Virus record (IMG/VR): IMGVR_UViG_3300008448_000014
Location: 49,910-113,909 of that record
Strand: one strand, 5' to 3'
From: a virus
Length of the DNA: 64,000 nucleotides
How positions within the stretch are numbered: the stretch's first letter is position 1; each line of letters begins with the position of its first letter. Below are positions 27,467 to 38,231 of this stretch, one piece after another. The translations under genes were made by a program, and so were the position numbers. A model generated the notes under the pieces. The model was given only the letters and a program-made list of their open reading frames with translations, searched no databases and had not been told where the DNA came from.

Positions 27467-28687
27467 ATGTTTAATAATGAACATTTATTACAAAGATTAG
27501 AAGGTTTATTATCTAGGAAAAAAAGTAAGAAATTCTATGCCAATATGCTAGGAGTTACTGAAAAAGATATAAATGATTTACTTATACAATTAAAAGGAGG
27601 AAAAACACCAAGAGTTAATATAGTAAAAGAAGAAACTACATCTAAAACTACAAAAGTTAACAATGAAAAAGGAACTATTGAAAGTGTTATAGTTGCAAAT
27701 TTTGAACCTAAGAATGATATTGAATTAGCTAAATTACATAAAATTGATTTAACTAAATATGTAATTGTAAACTATTGGTCTAAGCTTCTTCCTAATGGTA
27801 AATTTACTTCTTCTTGTTTTAGTAAAAGAAAACAACCTGAAGATTATTCTCAAGAAGATTTTGTAAAGTTTTTAGAAGCATATATACCAAAAGAAATAAC
27901 AATTAATTTTAATAAATCTTCTGATAACAAAGAAGATGTAGATTTGGAAATATCCATAGCAGATTTTCATTTAGCTAAAAAAACTTTAGAAGGAGAAACT
28001 ATACAAGACAAAAAACAACAGTTTATATATGTTGTCATGGAATTGTTAGAAAAAGCAACAGCTTCTTTTAATATTAAAACTATTGTTTTTCCTATATCAA
28101 ATGATTTTTTTCATACAGATAATTATCAAAATCAAACTACAAATGGTACACCACAAGATGTTCTTACAGGGTATGATAATGAGTATGAAGAAGGGTTTGA
28201 TTTATTAGTTACAGCAATATCGTTATTAAATGTTTATGCAGATGATGTTGAAGTTATATTAGTACAAGGTAATCATGATAGGACTAAATCATTTTATTTG
28301 GCACATGCTTTGGAAGTGTTTTTTTCAAATAAATCTAGTATTAGATTTCAAAGAGAACATTCAACAACAAAAGTTACATTATTAGGAAATACATTTATTG
28401 GGTATCATCATGGTAATTGTAAAATAGAAGATTTGCCTTTAGTATTTGCTACAGGAAAACATAGTGAAGCTTTTGGCTGTTCTAAATACAGAGAAGTACA
28501 CACAGGAGATAAACATCATTATATGGCTAAAGAAGTCAAAGGTGTTAGAATTCAACAGATGCCAAGTTTGTCAGGTACAGATAGATGGCATTTAGATAAT
28601 AATTATATACATAATATAAGAGCTGGAATAGCTACAGTGTATCATCCTGTTAAAGGACGCATTGCAGAATTTGAGAGTAGAATATAA
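27467..28687 (+). CDS. Calcineurin-like metallophosphoesterase with N-terminal HTH-like region
   Basis: DFH, NDFFH, GNHD, HHG and GDKHH motifs in order. Confidence 0.85.
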   Translation: MFNNEHLLQRLEGLLSRKKSKKFYANMLGVTEKDINDLLIQLKGGKTPRVNIVKEETTSKTTKVNNEKGTIESVIVANFEPKNDIELAKLHKIDLTKYVIVNYWSKLLPNGKFTSSCFSKRKQPEDYSQEDFVKFLEAYIPKEITINFNKSSDNKEDVDLEISIADFHLAKKTLEGETIQDKKQQFIYVVMELLEKATASFNIKTIVFPISNDFFHTDNYQNQTTNGTPQDVLTGYDNEYEEGFDLLVTAISLLNVYADDVEVILVQGNHDRTKSFYLAHALEVFFSNKSSIRFQREHSTTKVTLLGNTFIGYHHGNCKIEDLPLVFATGKHSEAFGCSKYREVHTGDKHHYMAKEVKGVRIQQMPSLSGTDRWHLDNNYIHNIRAGIATVYHPVKGRIAEFESRI

Positions 28688-28692
28688 ATAAT

Positions 28693-29418
28693 ATGGCAAC
28701 AGGACGTAAATTAGTAAGTGATGTTAGAAGTATGCACAAAATACTATCTACAGATTCTTTAATCACAGATAGAGCTATTCTTTCTGAGATTAGGATAAAC
28801 ACTAACCTTTTGGTTAAAAGAGAAACAAATCTTAGAAAACTTTGGGCAACTGATACATTGTTTACTACAATTCCTTGTTTAGAAATGTGTGAAGTTCCTA
28901 TTTCTGAATGTTGTGATTATGTAGATGAATGTACAATTGCTAGAAGTAAAGAAAAATTACCACGTATATCAGAAGGAAATTACCAATATGTAATACAAGG
29001 AGTTTATTCAATTAATGCTTTGAGTGGTAAAGGAGTTAAATTAAAAGAAATAACTGTTAACAGATATGTTAATCTTTTAAAACTTCCTATTATAAAAAAA
29101 GAAGCTTATTATTGGATTGCAAATGGTTATTTATATATTAGTAATCCATTATTACAATCTATTAGATTTGTAGCTTTGTTTGAAGAAGATATTCCTAATG
29201 ATTTATTATATCCAGAATGTGATTGTGGAAAAGAATATACTCTTGAAGAGTTATGTATCAATCCTCTTGATAAGGAGTTTCCTTTACCTGGTTACTTAGA
29301 ACAACAAGTGTTACAACTTACATCTCAGAAATTATTATCTACATATTTTAGACTTAAAACTGATATGGCTGATCAAGGAATAGATGGACAAGCACCTAAT
29401 ACAACACCAACAGCTTAA
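28693..29418 (+). CDS. crAss-like tail ring/structural protein
   Basis: Synteny; Y.Y....YLYI and FE pattern. Confidence 0.6.
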   Translation: MATGRKLVSDVRSMHKILSTDSLITDRAILSEIRINTNLLVKRETNLRKLWATDTLFTTIPCLEMCEVPISECCDYVDECTIARSKEKLPRISEGNYQYVIQGVYSINALSGKGVKLKEITVNRYVNLLKLPIIKKEAYYWIANGYLYISNPLLQSIRFVALFEEDIPNDLLYPECDCGKEYTLEELCINPLDKEFPLPGYLEQQVLQLTSQKLLSTYFRLKTDMADQGIDGQAPNTTPTA

Positions 29419-29421
29419 TAT

Positions 29422-29907
29422 ATGAGAGTAAAAGTTGAATGGAGGAGTGCTAGTAAAGAAAATTATAAAGATTTTTGTAAGAAGCATATAGACGTAGATT
29501 TAACTTATGTTGAATGGAAAAACATAATCTATCAATTTAATGAAGCTTTTAGAATACATATATTAGAGACAGGTGATAAAGTAAAACTTCCATTTGGTTT
29601 TGGAGAGTTTTCAATAGTAAAAAAGAAAAGAAGAAAAGTAAAAGGTGTGGATGGAAAAGAATTTATAAATCTTCCAGTTGATTGGCAAAAGACTAAAGAA
29701 AAAGGAAAGATTATATATAACTTTAATTACCACACAGAAGGATTCTTTTTTGGGTGGAATTGGTTTAAACTAACTTCTAGATTTAAACATTCTACTTTAT
29801 GGTTTTTTAAACCTTCTAGAACAACATCAAGACTTTTGTCTCACTATCTTAAAACTGACAATAAATATCAACATATTTATCGTGAGTGGAATTTAAAACA
29901 AATATAA
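29422..29907 (+). CDS. IHF-like protein of the crAss tail module
   Basis: KVKLPFGFGEFSI.K...VDWQKT...F.HT signature. Confidence 0.7.
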   Translation: MRVKVEWRSASKENYKDFCKKHIDVDLTYVEWKNIIYQFNEAFRIHILETGDKVKLPFGFGEFSIVKKKRRKVKGVDGKEFINLPVDWQKTKEKGKIIYNFNYHTEGFFFGWNWFKLTSRFKHSTLWFFKPSRTTSRLLSHYLKTDNKYQHIYREWNLKQI

Positions 29908-29908
29908 A

Positions 29909-30850
29909 ATGAGTTACTATTATAGATATAATTTTGTTAGTCCAGATCCTGTTTTTGCAATAGTAAAAGAGGAACTTAAAAGTTACTTTGATACAGGTGC
30001 AATAGATGATTTATTGTTTCCTACATACTTAGATAAATGTTTACAGAAATTAGGAAGATCTTCTTATATAATTACAACAACAGTATTACATATAGAGAAT
30101 TATGAAGCAAGACTTCCTGATAACTTTTTTGCTGTAAGAGAAGCTTGGATGTGTTCTGAGATTCCTTTAACATCTTATCAAGATGCTAATTCATTTTATT
30201 CTCAAGCAGAATCTTCTACAACAATACAAGTAAGTCCATTAACTATTGGAGGAACACCTTGTAATAATACACAATGTCAAAATCCACAATGTGATGGTAC
30301 ATGTATGCCTGAACTTATTCAAGCAGTGTATAAAACAAACCACACTACTCCAAGAGCATATAGAAGAAACTTTCTATTAAAACCAGGTAATATATCTAAT
30401 GATCAAAATTGTAATTTAGAATATAATAGAGAATATATACCTCATTCATCATCATTAGATTCTTTTGATATACGTGATAATAAATTTGTTACAAACTTTA
30501 AACAAGGTGTTGTACATCTTCTTATGTATGCTACAGAATATGATGAAATAGGAAATCAAATGATTCCAGATAATTATCGTATAAGAGAATACATAGAAGC
30601 TTTTATTAAATTTAAAGTGTTTGAAACATTATTTAATCAAATTAATGATGAAACATTTAATCAAATTGAAAAAAAATTAATGATGTATAAACAAATGTCT
30701 GATGAGGCATTCATTATGGCAAGCATTGAAATTAAAAAACAAGACTCTTGGGCTAAACAAAGAAGAGTTGAAAAAGATTTAAATAGATTTAATATGTATG
30801 AATTACCAAGATCTAATTATAGTAGATATGGTAGACGTAGAAATAATTAA
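29909..30850 (+). CDS. Tail tubular (ring) protein
   Basis: Precedes the stabilisation gene; TNF..G...L.Y...D..G..MIPD pattern. Confidence 0.7.
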   Translation: MSYYYRYNFVSPDPVFAIVKEELKSYFDTGAIDDLLFPTYLDKCLQKLGRSSYIITTTVLHIENYEARLPDNFFAVREAWMCSEIPLTSYQDANSFYSQAESSTTIQVSPLTIGGTPCNNTQCQNPQCDGTCMPELIQAVYKTNHTTPRAYRRNFLLKPGNISNDQNCNLEYNREYIPHSSSLDSFDIRDNKFVTNFKQGVVHLLMYATEYDEIGNQMIPDNYRIREYIEAFIKFKVFETLFNQINDETFNQIEKKLMMYKQMSDEAFIMASIEIKKQDSWAKQRRVEKDLNRFNMYELPRSNYSRYGRRRNN

Positions 30851-30852
30851 TC

Positions 30853-33800
30853 ATGGCAGATAATACTCAAGAACAAGGGAATATTAGAAATGAATTTAAT
30901 CAAGCTTCTGCAGGGATGAATATGGATAATGCCATAAATCAAATTCCTAAAGGTCAGCTTACATATGCATTAAATGCAGCATTAGAAAATTTTGATTCTA
31001 ATTCAACTAGTTATCAAAATGAACAAGGTAATGAATTTTGTTTACAATTTCCTGCAAATTTTTTATTAATAGGTACTCATTTTATTCCTGAAAAAAATAA
31101 ACATTTATTTTTTATTACCAACCCTACTACAGAAGAATCTGAAATAGGATATATGGACAATAATGATTGTGTATATCGTACACTAGTTAACGCAGCATGT
31201 TTAAATTTTAAAATACAACATCCTATTCATAAAGTTGTACATAAAATTACAAATTGTCAAACAGAAATATATTGGACTGATGGATTTAATCCTAGGAGAT
31301 ATTTAGATATTGAAAATATTCCATATAAATTATCTGATGGTTCTACATTTTGTGATCCTATAGAAAGTAATCAATTAGATTGTAATCAATTAAAGTTACA
31401 ACCTGATTTTAATATTCCTGGTTTAGCTGTTGTTGATGTTATTACAGGAGGAAATTTAACTGCAGGTACATTACAGTTTGCTGTACAATATTGTGATGCT
31501 CAAGGTAATCCATATACATCATATTATTCTGTTACTAATCCTACACCTATTGCAGACACTTTTTTAACCACTGTTAATTTTAATTATCCAGTAGGTAAAT
31601 CTGTAATTGTAGAAGTTAGTAATTTAGATACTACAGGACAATTTCAATATTATAATTTAGCTGTAATTAAAACAGTTAATAATGTAACATCTGTTGAATT
31701 AGCAGGAACATATTTTATTGATAACTCAGTAATACAAATAACATATACAGGACAGATTGTAGATAATATAAGACTTTCTATAAATGATATATTTGAAAAA
31801 CAACCTTACTATGAAATTGCAGAAGATTTAACAGCTGTACAAGATGTTCTTGTATGGGGTGGACTTGTTTCTATAGATAGAATAAACTATCAATCTATTG
31901 CTAATCAAATTTTATTACAATGGGAAACATATAAAATTCCTGCTACAGAAAATTATGCTGATGAATTAAATGCTACAAACTTACGTGGATATTTACGTGA
32001 TGAGGTATATGCATTTGAAATTGTGTTCTTATTAAGAAATGGAAAACAAACAGATGGTTTTCATATACCTGGAAGAGCTGCTACATTATTAGATCTTACA
32101 CCTGTAGATAATACTAATAATGATTTTATAGGAGAACCTGATCCTAATACCACAACTAGTCCTTATTGGAAAATATATAACACAGCTTCTGTAGTTGGTT
32201 CTTCTACAGGTTTACCTATTGGTAATGCTACACCATATCAATATGGTGATTTTGCTTATTGGGAGTCTACAGAAGAATACCCTTGTAATACAGAAGTGTG
32301 GGGAGAACTTGCTGGTCAAAAAATTAGACATCATAAATTTCCAGATGTTCTTGTAAGTCCTATATATGAATCTGCTTTATTGACAGGTACAGGTCTTTAT
32401 AATATGGTGATGCAAAATGATGCAGTATATCCTATTGGAGTAAAGATTGACACAGATCAAATACAATCATTAATATCTTCATCTGATTTAACAGATTCTC
32501 AAAAAGAAGATATAGTTGGGTATAAAATAGTAAGAGGAGATAGAAGTACAAATAAATCTATTGTAGCAAAAGGAATGTTACGTAATGTAGGTAAATATAC
32601 AAGAGAGAATGAAGATTTTATATATCCTAACTACCCATATAATGATTTAGGGGAAGACCCTTTTATTTTAGAAAATAATAATGCATATTCTTTAATATGT
32701 GAAACATGGTTATTATATATAAGATTTTTAAATCCAGACCCTAATGGTGGTCCTGATTTTGTAGAAATAGAATATACAGATTGTAATACAAATAAAAGAA
32801 CTAAACAAAAATTTACAACAATAGGAGAAATAGAAATTTGTTCTATAAGTAAACCTATATTTATAGGAAATACAAAAGGACCTCTTGTTACTGTACCTTT
32901 TAATAGATATTTATATAATGAAGTTGGTTATGCTAATTATGATACATATGAATTAAGATCTGTAGGACTATGTAGAGGATGGAGAGCTGTATGGAATGAT
33001 ACTATTGCTGGTCCAAATACAACAGAATATTTACAAGGTTGGGGTTCTTGGGAGGGAAATAGATCTCTTACAGTTAATGTTGTAGTAGGTAGTGTTCCTG
33101 GCTGTATAGAGTTTTGTGATCGTTGTGGTAGAAGTATAGAATTTAGAGGTGGAAGAAGATCTACAAAAAATTGTAAAGATCCAGGACCACTACAAAGTAT
33201 TAGTGGAGAGGATTCTTTAAAATATAGACAAATATTTAATTCACCTGAAACTTCTTTTGGTCAACCATTTTTAGGAAATGTTCTAAAGCTTGAACAAGTT
33301 ATGTATGGTGCGGGTAAATCTCATTTTGTTGAAGTAAAAAATAATGCTAAATACAGACTTTTAACTTATGAAGCACAGCTTGATGCATTAAATAGCTCAA
33401 GAGATGTTGCGGGTATAACAGCTAGTTTTAATGTAGGAGCAATGTTTGCTGTTTACCAATCTTACTTAACTATATATATAAATGGTATAACAAGAAAGAA
33501 TTATGCTTATTCATTTAACTCTAGAGCTAACTATGATTATAGTGTATCTATTCCTAATAACCAGGGAATTAAACAAAGAGAAATTGATGTAGCTAGATAT
33601 TTAATTCCTGTTGTACAAAATGTTGGAGATAAAATAGGAATTAAAGACGTTAATATAAATAATTATCAAAGAGAAACCTCTGTTTACATAAAAACAAAAG
33701 GATCTGATAATAGTATACCTGCACTACCTTTTCCTAGTGACAGTCCTAATATGAGTGTTACAGGTATAAAAGATTACTCTAGATTTACTATTGGTGATTC

Positions 33801-36630
33801 TAATTTATGTGCTACACCTAATGCAGAACAAGACATTAGTGTTGTTTCTTATTATGCTTCTATGAAAAATATATTTGTAAACCAGTGGGGTCAAATATAT
33901 ACATATAGTACTATTGATACAGGGTTTCAAAAATTGTTTAATACAAATTCAACACAAGAAACTATATTTGGAGGGGATACATTTATATCTAGATTTGCTT
34001 TTAAAACAAAACTTCCTTATTTTATAGATAATAGAGTAAATGGTTTAGATGATTCAGATATATTTTATGATGAAATTGGTAATATAGGGTATCCAAAATA
34101 CTGGCATTCTGCTAGATCTATATTAAAAGATTGGAATGGTTCTGGTGTAGGAACTCTTGTTAATATAATTTCTTATAAAGCACATAATTTTGATTGTCCT
34201 AATAATCAAGAACCTGCTATAGGTAATCCTGATAGAACATTTTATGATGGATACTTCTATTTGTTTGCTTATGGTATTCCTAATTTTTATTGTGAAAGCT
34301 CTTACAATACAGATTTAAGACAAGCATTTAATAATAAAGAAGGAGATTTTTGGCCACATGTTAGTAATGGTATTCCTGATAACTGGTTACAAGAAAGTTT
34401 TGTATCTATAGCTAATGATAATACATATAACTATAACATAACATATTCTAAACAAAATAAAGAAAATTTCTTTAGTCATATACCTTTTGACTGGAAAGAA
34501 ACTTGTTATACATATTACCCATTTAGAGCTATATATTCAGATCCACAAAATACAGATGTTGATAATAGAGTTAATAACTGGTTGACATATAAAGCAGTTT
34601 CATATTTTGATTTTCCTCAAAACTATGGAAAACTTGTATCATTAGATGGTATTCAAAACAGAGCTGTATTAGCTAGATTTGAAAACAAATCATTAATGTA
34701 TGATAACCTTCTTACAATTGATACAAGTAACCCTCAAGCAGCATATATGGGTAATCCATTAATGTTTAGAAAATCTCCACCAATAGATTTTGCTGAAACA
34801 GATCTTGGATATGTAGGAAGTCAGAATAAGCTGTTATTAAAGATTCCTCAAGGACAACTTACAATTGATGCTAAAAGAGGACAAGTGTTTCTTATACAAG
34901 GAACACAAGCTATGGATCTTTCACAGTTTGGTTCTGGTATGAATAGATTTTTTACAGACCATTTAGCTTTTGAAATATTAAGATATTTTCCAGAAGTAGA
35001 TACTGATAATCATTTTAATGGTGTAGGACTTCATGCAGTATATGATAGCAAGTTTGATAGAATAATAATTTCTAAATTAGATTATATTCCTTTATATAAA
35101 GATATAAAATACTATAATGATAGTAAAGAATTTTATTTAGAAGAAGTACAATCTAATGGTGTTATTATAAAAACTCTTGTTTATTTAACAGATCCTGAGT
35201 ATTTTTGTAATAAATCTTGGACACTTTCTTATAATATAAACACTAAAAGTTGGGTTAGTTTCCATAGTTATATACCTAATTGGTATATAGCAGAAAATAA
35301 CTTCTTTTATTCAGGTATTAATGGGTGTTGTTCAGATATTGATTTAGATGTAACAGGCTCATTTGATGCTATTGTAGGAAGAACAGACTTACCAGAAACT
35401 ACTACAACTACTACAACTCTTATGTTTATAACAACTACTAGTACAACAACACTAGTTACAAATTGTGTTTTAAGAGGATATATAGAAGAAACAAGTTGTG
35501 TTTTAGATGGTACTGCTGTTATAACTGTAGAACCAATACCTACAACAACAATATGTAGTAGACCAGCAGGATTAACAATTTATTCATTTACATCAGGGTA
35601 TCAAATAGATGCTTTACCTCCTGTAGTTTCTTCAGGTAGTTATGAAGATGCTTGTAATGCTATTGCATTATTTGATTTTGCAGATCCTACAACAATTACA
35701 GTGGATGGTTTTAACATAATGGCATTTGATTTAAATGTTAATTCTACAGTTTATTTAAACATAAATTCAGATTGTAATTTAGTTCCTGATGGTTGGTATT
35801 TTACAGAAGAAAGTTCAAACGTTGGGGATGTTTATAATGTTGTAGGAGGAGTTATAGAAGGTGTATACAATTGTGATTGTACTCCTACTACCACAACTAC
35901 CACTACTATAAATATAGAACAATGTTGTAGTACATTATTTAATTCAGGTTCTAACATATATTATTATAATTCTAATGATACATCATTAACATTATTAGAT
36001 GTACCAGGATTTACAACAACTTACGGAATAGCAATGACTGCTAATTATTTGTGGTCTTTAGATACAGCTATAGAACAATGGGATATATTCTTAACACCAT
36101 TTAGTGCAACATATAATACATCAATTACATTACCTATAGGATTTGTTGCTTCAACTGGATTAGTTGCTAAAAATGATGATGTAATTATTACAACAGATAT
36201 TTCTACTTCACCAGTAAATGTAGTTGAACTAGATGTAACTAGTAGTGTAGCAGTGTTAACAGTTATGTTTGTACTTCCTACTGATAGAATTAATATAACA
36301 AATATGTTATATACTACAGATGAGAAACTTATTATGGTTACACAAAATACTGTTACATTTGATTATTACATTACACAATATGATTATACAACAGGAACAA
36401 TTGAACTTGATATTAATATTGGTATATTTGAGCCAACATCTATATTTGAGTGTGAATGTAGTATAATGTTAACAGATGCAGCAGGAAAAGTATATATAAT
36501 AGAAAAAACTAGTCCATACACTATATCAGAAATGTTAACCTTACCTATTCTTATAGATGGAGCAACACAAGTACAATCATGTATAGTGAGTTCTTTAATA
36601 GAAACTACCACAACAACAACAACTATTTAA
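30853..36630 (+). CDS. Tail stabilisation/muzzle protein, N-terminal part, with a Thr-rich C-terminal extension
   Basis: GMN.D, YWTDG.N..R, RGYLRDEVY.F, IRHHKFPD, FGGDTFI and W.SFHSY.P motifs. Confidence 0.8.
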   Translation: MADNTQEQGNIRNEFNQASAGMNMDNAINQIPKGQLTYALNAALENFDSNSTSYQNEQGNEFCLQFPANFLLIGTHFIPEKNKHLFFITNPTTEESEIGYMDNNDCVYRTLVNAACLNFKIQHPIHKVVHKITNCQTEIYWTDGFNPRRYLDIENIPYKLSDGSTFCDPIESNQLDCNQLKLQPDFNIPGLAVVDVITGGNLTAGTLQFAVQYCDAQGNPYTSYYSVTNPTPIADTFLTTVNFNYPVGKSVIVEVSNLDTTGQFQYYNLAVIKTVNNVTSVELAGTYFIDNSVIQITYTGQIVDNIRLSINDIFEKQPYYEIAEDLTAVQDVLVWGGLVSIDRINYQSIANQILLQWETYKIPATENYADELNATNLRGYLRDEVYAFEIVFLLRNGKQTDGFHIPGRAATLLDLTPVDNTNNDFIGEPDPNTTTSPYWKIYNTASVVGSSTGLPIGNATPYQYGDFAYWESTEEYPCNTEVWGELAGQKIRHHKFPDVLVSPIYESALLTGTGLYNMVMQNDAVYPIGVKIDTDQIQSLISSSDLTDSQKEDIVGYKIVRGDRSTNKSIVAKGMLRNVGKYTRENEDFIYPNYPYNDLGEDPFILENNNAYSLICETWLLYIRFLNPDPNGGPDFVEIEYTDCNTNKRTKQKFTTIGEIEICSISKPIFIGNTKGPLVTVPFNRYLYNEVGYANYDTYELRSVGLCRGWRAVWNDTIAGPNTTEYLQGWGSWEGNRSLTVNVVVGSVPGCIEFCDRCGRSIEFRGGRRSTKNCKDPGPLQSISGEDSLKYRQIFNSPETSFGQPFLGNVLKLEQVMYGAGKSHFVEVKNNAKYRLLTYEAQLDALNSSRDVAGITASFNVGAMFAVYQSYLTIYINGITRKNYAYSFNSRANYDYSVSIPNNQGIKQREIDVARYLIPVVQNVGDKIGIKDVNINNYQRETSVYIKTKGSDNSIPALPFPSDSPNMSVTGIKDYSRFTIGDSNLCATPNAEQDISVVSYYASMKNIFVNQWGQIYTYSTIDTGFQKLFNTNSTQETIFGGDTFISRFAFKTKLPYFIDNRVNGLDDSDIFYDEIGNIGYPKYWHSARSILKDWNGSGVGTLVNIISYKAHNFDCPNNQEPAIGNPDRTFYDGYFYLFAYGIPNFYCESSYNTDLRQAFNNKEGDFWPHVSNGIPDNWLQESFVSIANDNTYNYNITYSKQNKENFFSHIPFDWKETCYTYYPFRAIYSDPQNTDVDNRVNNWLTYKAVSYFDFPQNYGKLVSLDGIQNRAVLARFENKSLMYDNLLTIDTSNPQAAYMGNPLMFRKSPPIDFAETDLGYVGSQNKLLLKIPQGQLTIDAKRGQVFLIQGTQAMDLSQFGSGMNRFFTDHLAFEILRYFPEVDTDNHFNGVGLHAVYDSKFDRIIISKLDYIPLYKDIKYYNDSKEFYLEEVQSNGVIIKTLVYLTDPEYFCNKSWTLSYNINTKSWVSFHSYIPNWYIAENNFFYSGINGCCSDIDLDVTGSFDAIVGRTDLPETTTTTTTLMFITTTSTTTLVTNCVLRGYIEETSCVLDGTAVITVEPIPTTTICSRPAGLTIYSFTSGYQIDALPPVVSSGSYEDACNAIALFDFADPTTITVDGFNIMAFDLNVNSTVYLNINSDCNLVPDGWYFTEESSNVGDVYNVVGGVIEGVYNCDCTPTTTTTTTINIEQCCSTLFNSGSNIYYYNSNDTSLTLLDVPGFTTTYGIAMTANYLWSLDTAIEQWDIFLTPFSATYNTSITLPIGFVASTGLVAKNDDVIITTDISTSPVNVVELDVTSSVAVLTVMFVLPTDRINITNMLYTTDEKLIMVTQNTVTFDYYITQYDYTTGTIELDINIGIFEPTSIFECECSIMLTDAAGKVYIIEKTSPYTISEMLTLPILIDGATQVQSCIVSSLIETTTTTTTI

Positions 36631-36632
36631 TT

Positions 36633-37502
36633 ATGGCAACAATAGATATAGTTATAAAATTAACAAAAGCAGGCCCAAGCACTGGGCCTTTTGATATATC
36701 TACTAATAGAGGAGATGTATTAGACACTAATGTTTCTTTTGCAAGACTTACACGTGGTATTGGTTACACTATAGATGATGATGTATCAGTTATAAATATA
36801 CAATCCATAGGAGATTGTAGAATTAAAAAAAGTTTTCCTATAGGTTCATATACAAAAAGTGAATACACTAATGCATCTTTTACACAAACTAAAACAGGAT
36901 GTATATGGAGACACTTAACAGATACAAAACACTATAATTTCTTTTATGGAAAAATAGCTCCATATATTATTGAATATCCTTTTGCTTATCAATATCAAGA
37001 TGAAATATTACAGAATGTAAAAGACTACACTAAAGCATATGAATACTTTCCTATGACTAATGGAGTATTTGATGATTTTGCAAAAGTTGAAACAAATAAC
37101 AAATGGTTTAATAAGGCTATTCTTTATAATGGTCAACAAAGCTCTGGTTTATTAGAATTAGTTGCAAAACCAATGAATAATTTGCAAGCTTATAATCAAT
37201 TTCCTATCTTTAACCCAAATAGTAAAACTATTACATATACTAAGAGTGATAACTTCTATCTTTTTAATAATTTTTGGGCACTTAATAAATCATCTCAAGT
37301 TCCAATGTTTTTAACTAGTTGTGAATCCATGTCAATTGATAAAATAATTAATCAATCTAATATGGATTACTCTGCAAGATCATTTAAAAAAGCTCCTTTG
37401 CGTGCTAAAGATTTAAAGGTTAGAATGATTTTAGACAATAGTGCTACAACTCATTTAGTTTCACAATTTATTATTACAGAAAGTCAAATAAGTTATAAAT
37501 AA
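36633..37502 (+). CDS. C-terminal part of the tail stabilisation protein with an added N-terminal small domain
   Basis: Start moved to MATIDIV; WRH...FYG...PYIIE and FNKAILYN.QQSSG.L.L motifs. Confidence 0.65.
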   Translation: MATIDIVIKLTKAGPSTGPFDISTNRGDVLDTNVSFARLTRGIGYTIDDDVSVINIQSIGDCRIKKSFPIGSYTKSEYTNASFTQTKTGCIWRHLTDTKHYNFFYGKIAPYIIEYPFAYQYQDEILQNVKDYTKAYEYFPMTNGVFDDFAKVETNNKWFNKAILYNGQQSSGLLELVAKPMNNLQAYNQFPIFNPNSKTITYTKSDNFYLFNNFWALNKSSQVPMFLTSCESMSIDKIINQSNMDYSARSFKKAPLRAKDLKVRMILDNSATTHLVSQFIITESQISYK

Positions 37503-37503
37503 A

Positions 37504-37535
37504 TTAGGAAAGTTACTAGAATATTATTACATTTG
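37504..37535 (+). promoter_or_regulatory. Probable Bacteroidota-type promoter
   Basis: TTAG-N20-TACATTTG upstream of 37557. Confidence 0.6.
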
Positions 37536-37556
37536 GGAAATTAAAAAATCCAAAAA

Positions 37557-38231
37557 ATGAGTTCTAAAATAAATTATAATAGTGGTGAAAAAATAGGAGA
37601 GTGTGTTTTTATATCAGAAATATTACAAACTGATAATACAAAAAACTTTCGTAGACAAGCTATATTTGAATGTAGTTGCGGTAAACATTTTGAATCTAGA
37701 ATAAGTCATATAAAATCTAGGTGGACAAAATCTTGTGGATGTTTACAAAAAAAAGCTATGAAAGATGTAGGTGTTAAAAAAATAACACATGGAAAATCTA
37801 GACATCCTTTATTTGGAACATGGAGAAGTATGATTCAAAGATGTCAAGATAAAAAAAGTATTAATTATCCATTATATGGAGAGAGAGGTATTACTGTTTG
37901 TGACAGATGGTTGGATGTTAATAATTTTATTGAAGACATGTACCCTACTTATAAAAAAGAGTTACAGTTAGATAGGATTAATAATAATGGTAATTATGAA
38001 CCAACTAATTGTAAATGGAGTACTAAAAAAGAAAATTGTAATAATAGAAGATCTAATAGAATTATAGAATATAAAGAAGTAAAAAAAAATATTACTGAGT
38101 GGACAGAAACATTAGGAATAACAAAAGCTGTTCTTACTTATAGATTAAATAATTGGGAAGATATAGATAAGATATTTACACAAGTACCAAGACAAACAAA
38201 ACGAACTCCTAAAATAAAAAAGAATGAGTAG
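37557..38231 (+). CDS. HNH homing endonuclease
   Basis: CSCG...SCGC...W.SM..RC...YG.RGI.VCDRW...DRINNNGNYEP.NCKW. Confidence 0.88.
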   Translation: MSSKINYNSGEKIGECVFISEILQTDNTKNFRRQAIFECSCGKHFESRISHIKSRWTKSCGCLQKKAMKDVGVKKITHGKSRHPLFGTWRSMIQRCQDKKSINYPLYGERGITVCDRWLDVNNFIEDMYPTYKKELQLDRINNNGNYEPTNCKWSTKKENCNNRRSNRIIEYKEVKKNITEWTETLGITKAVLTYRLNNWEDIDKIFTQVPRQTKRTPKIKKNE

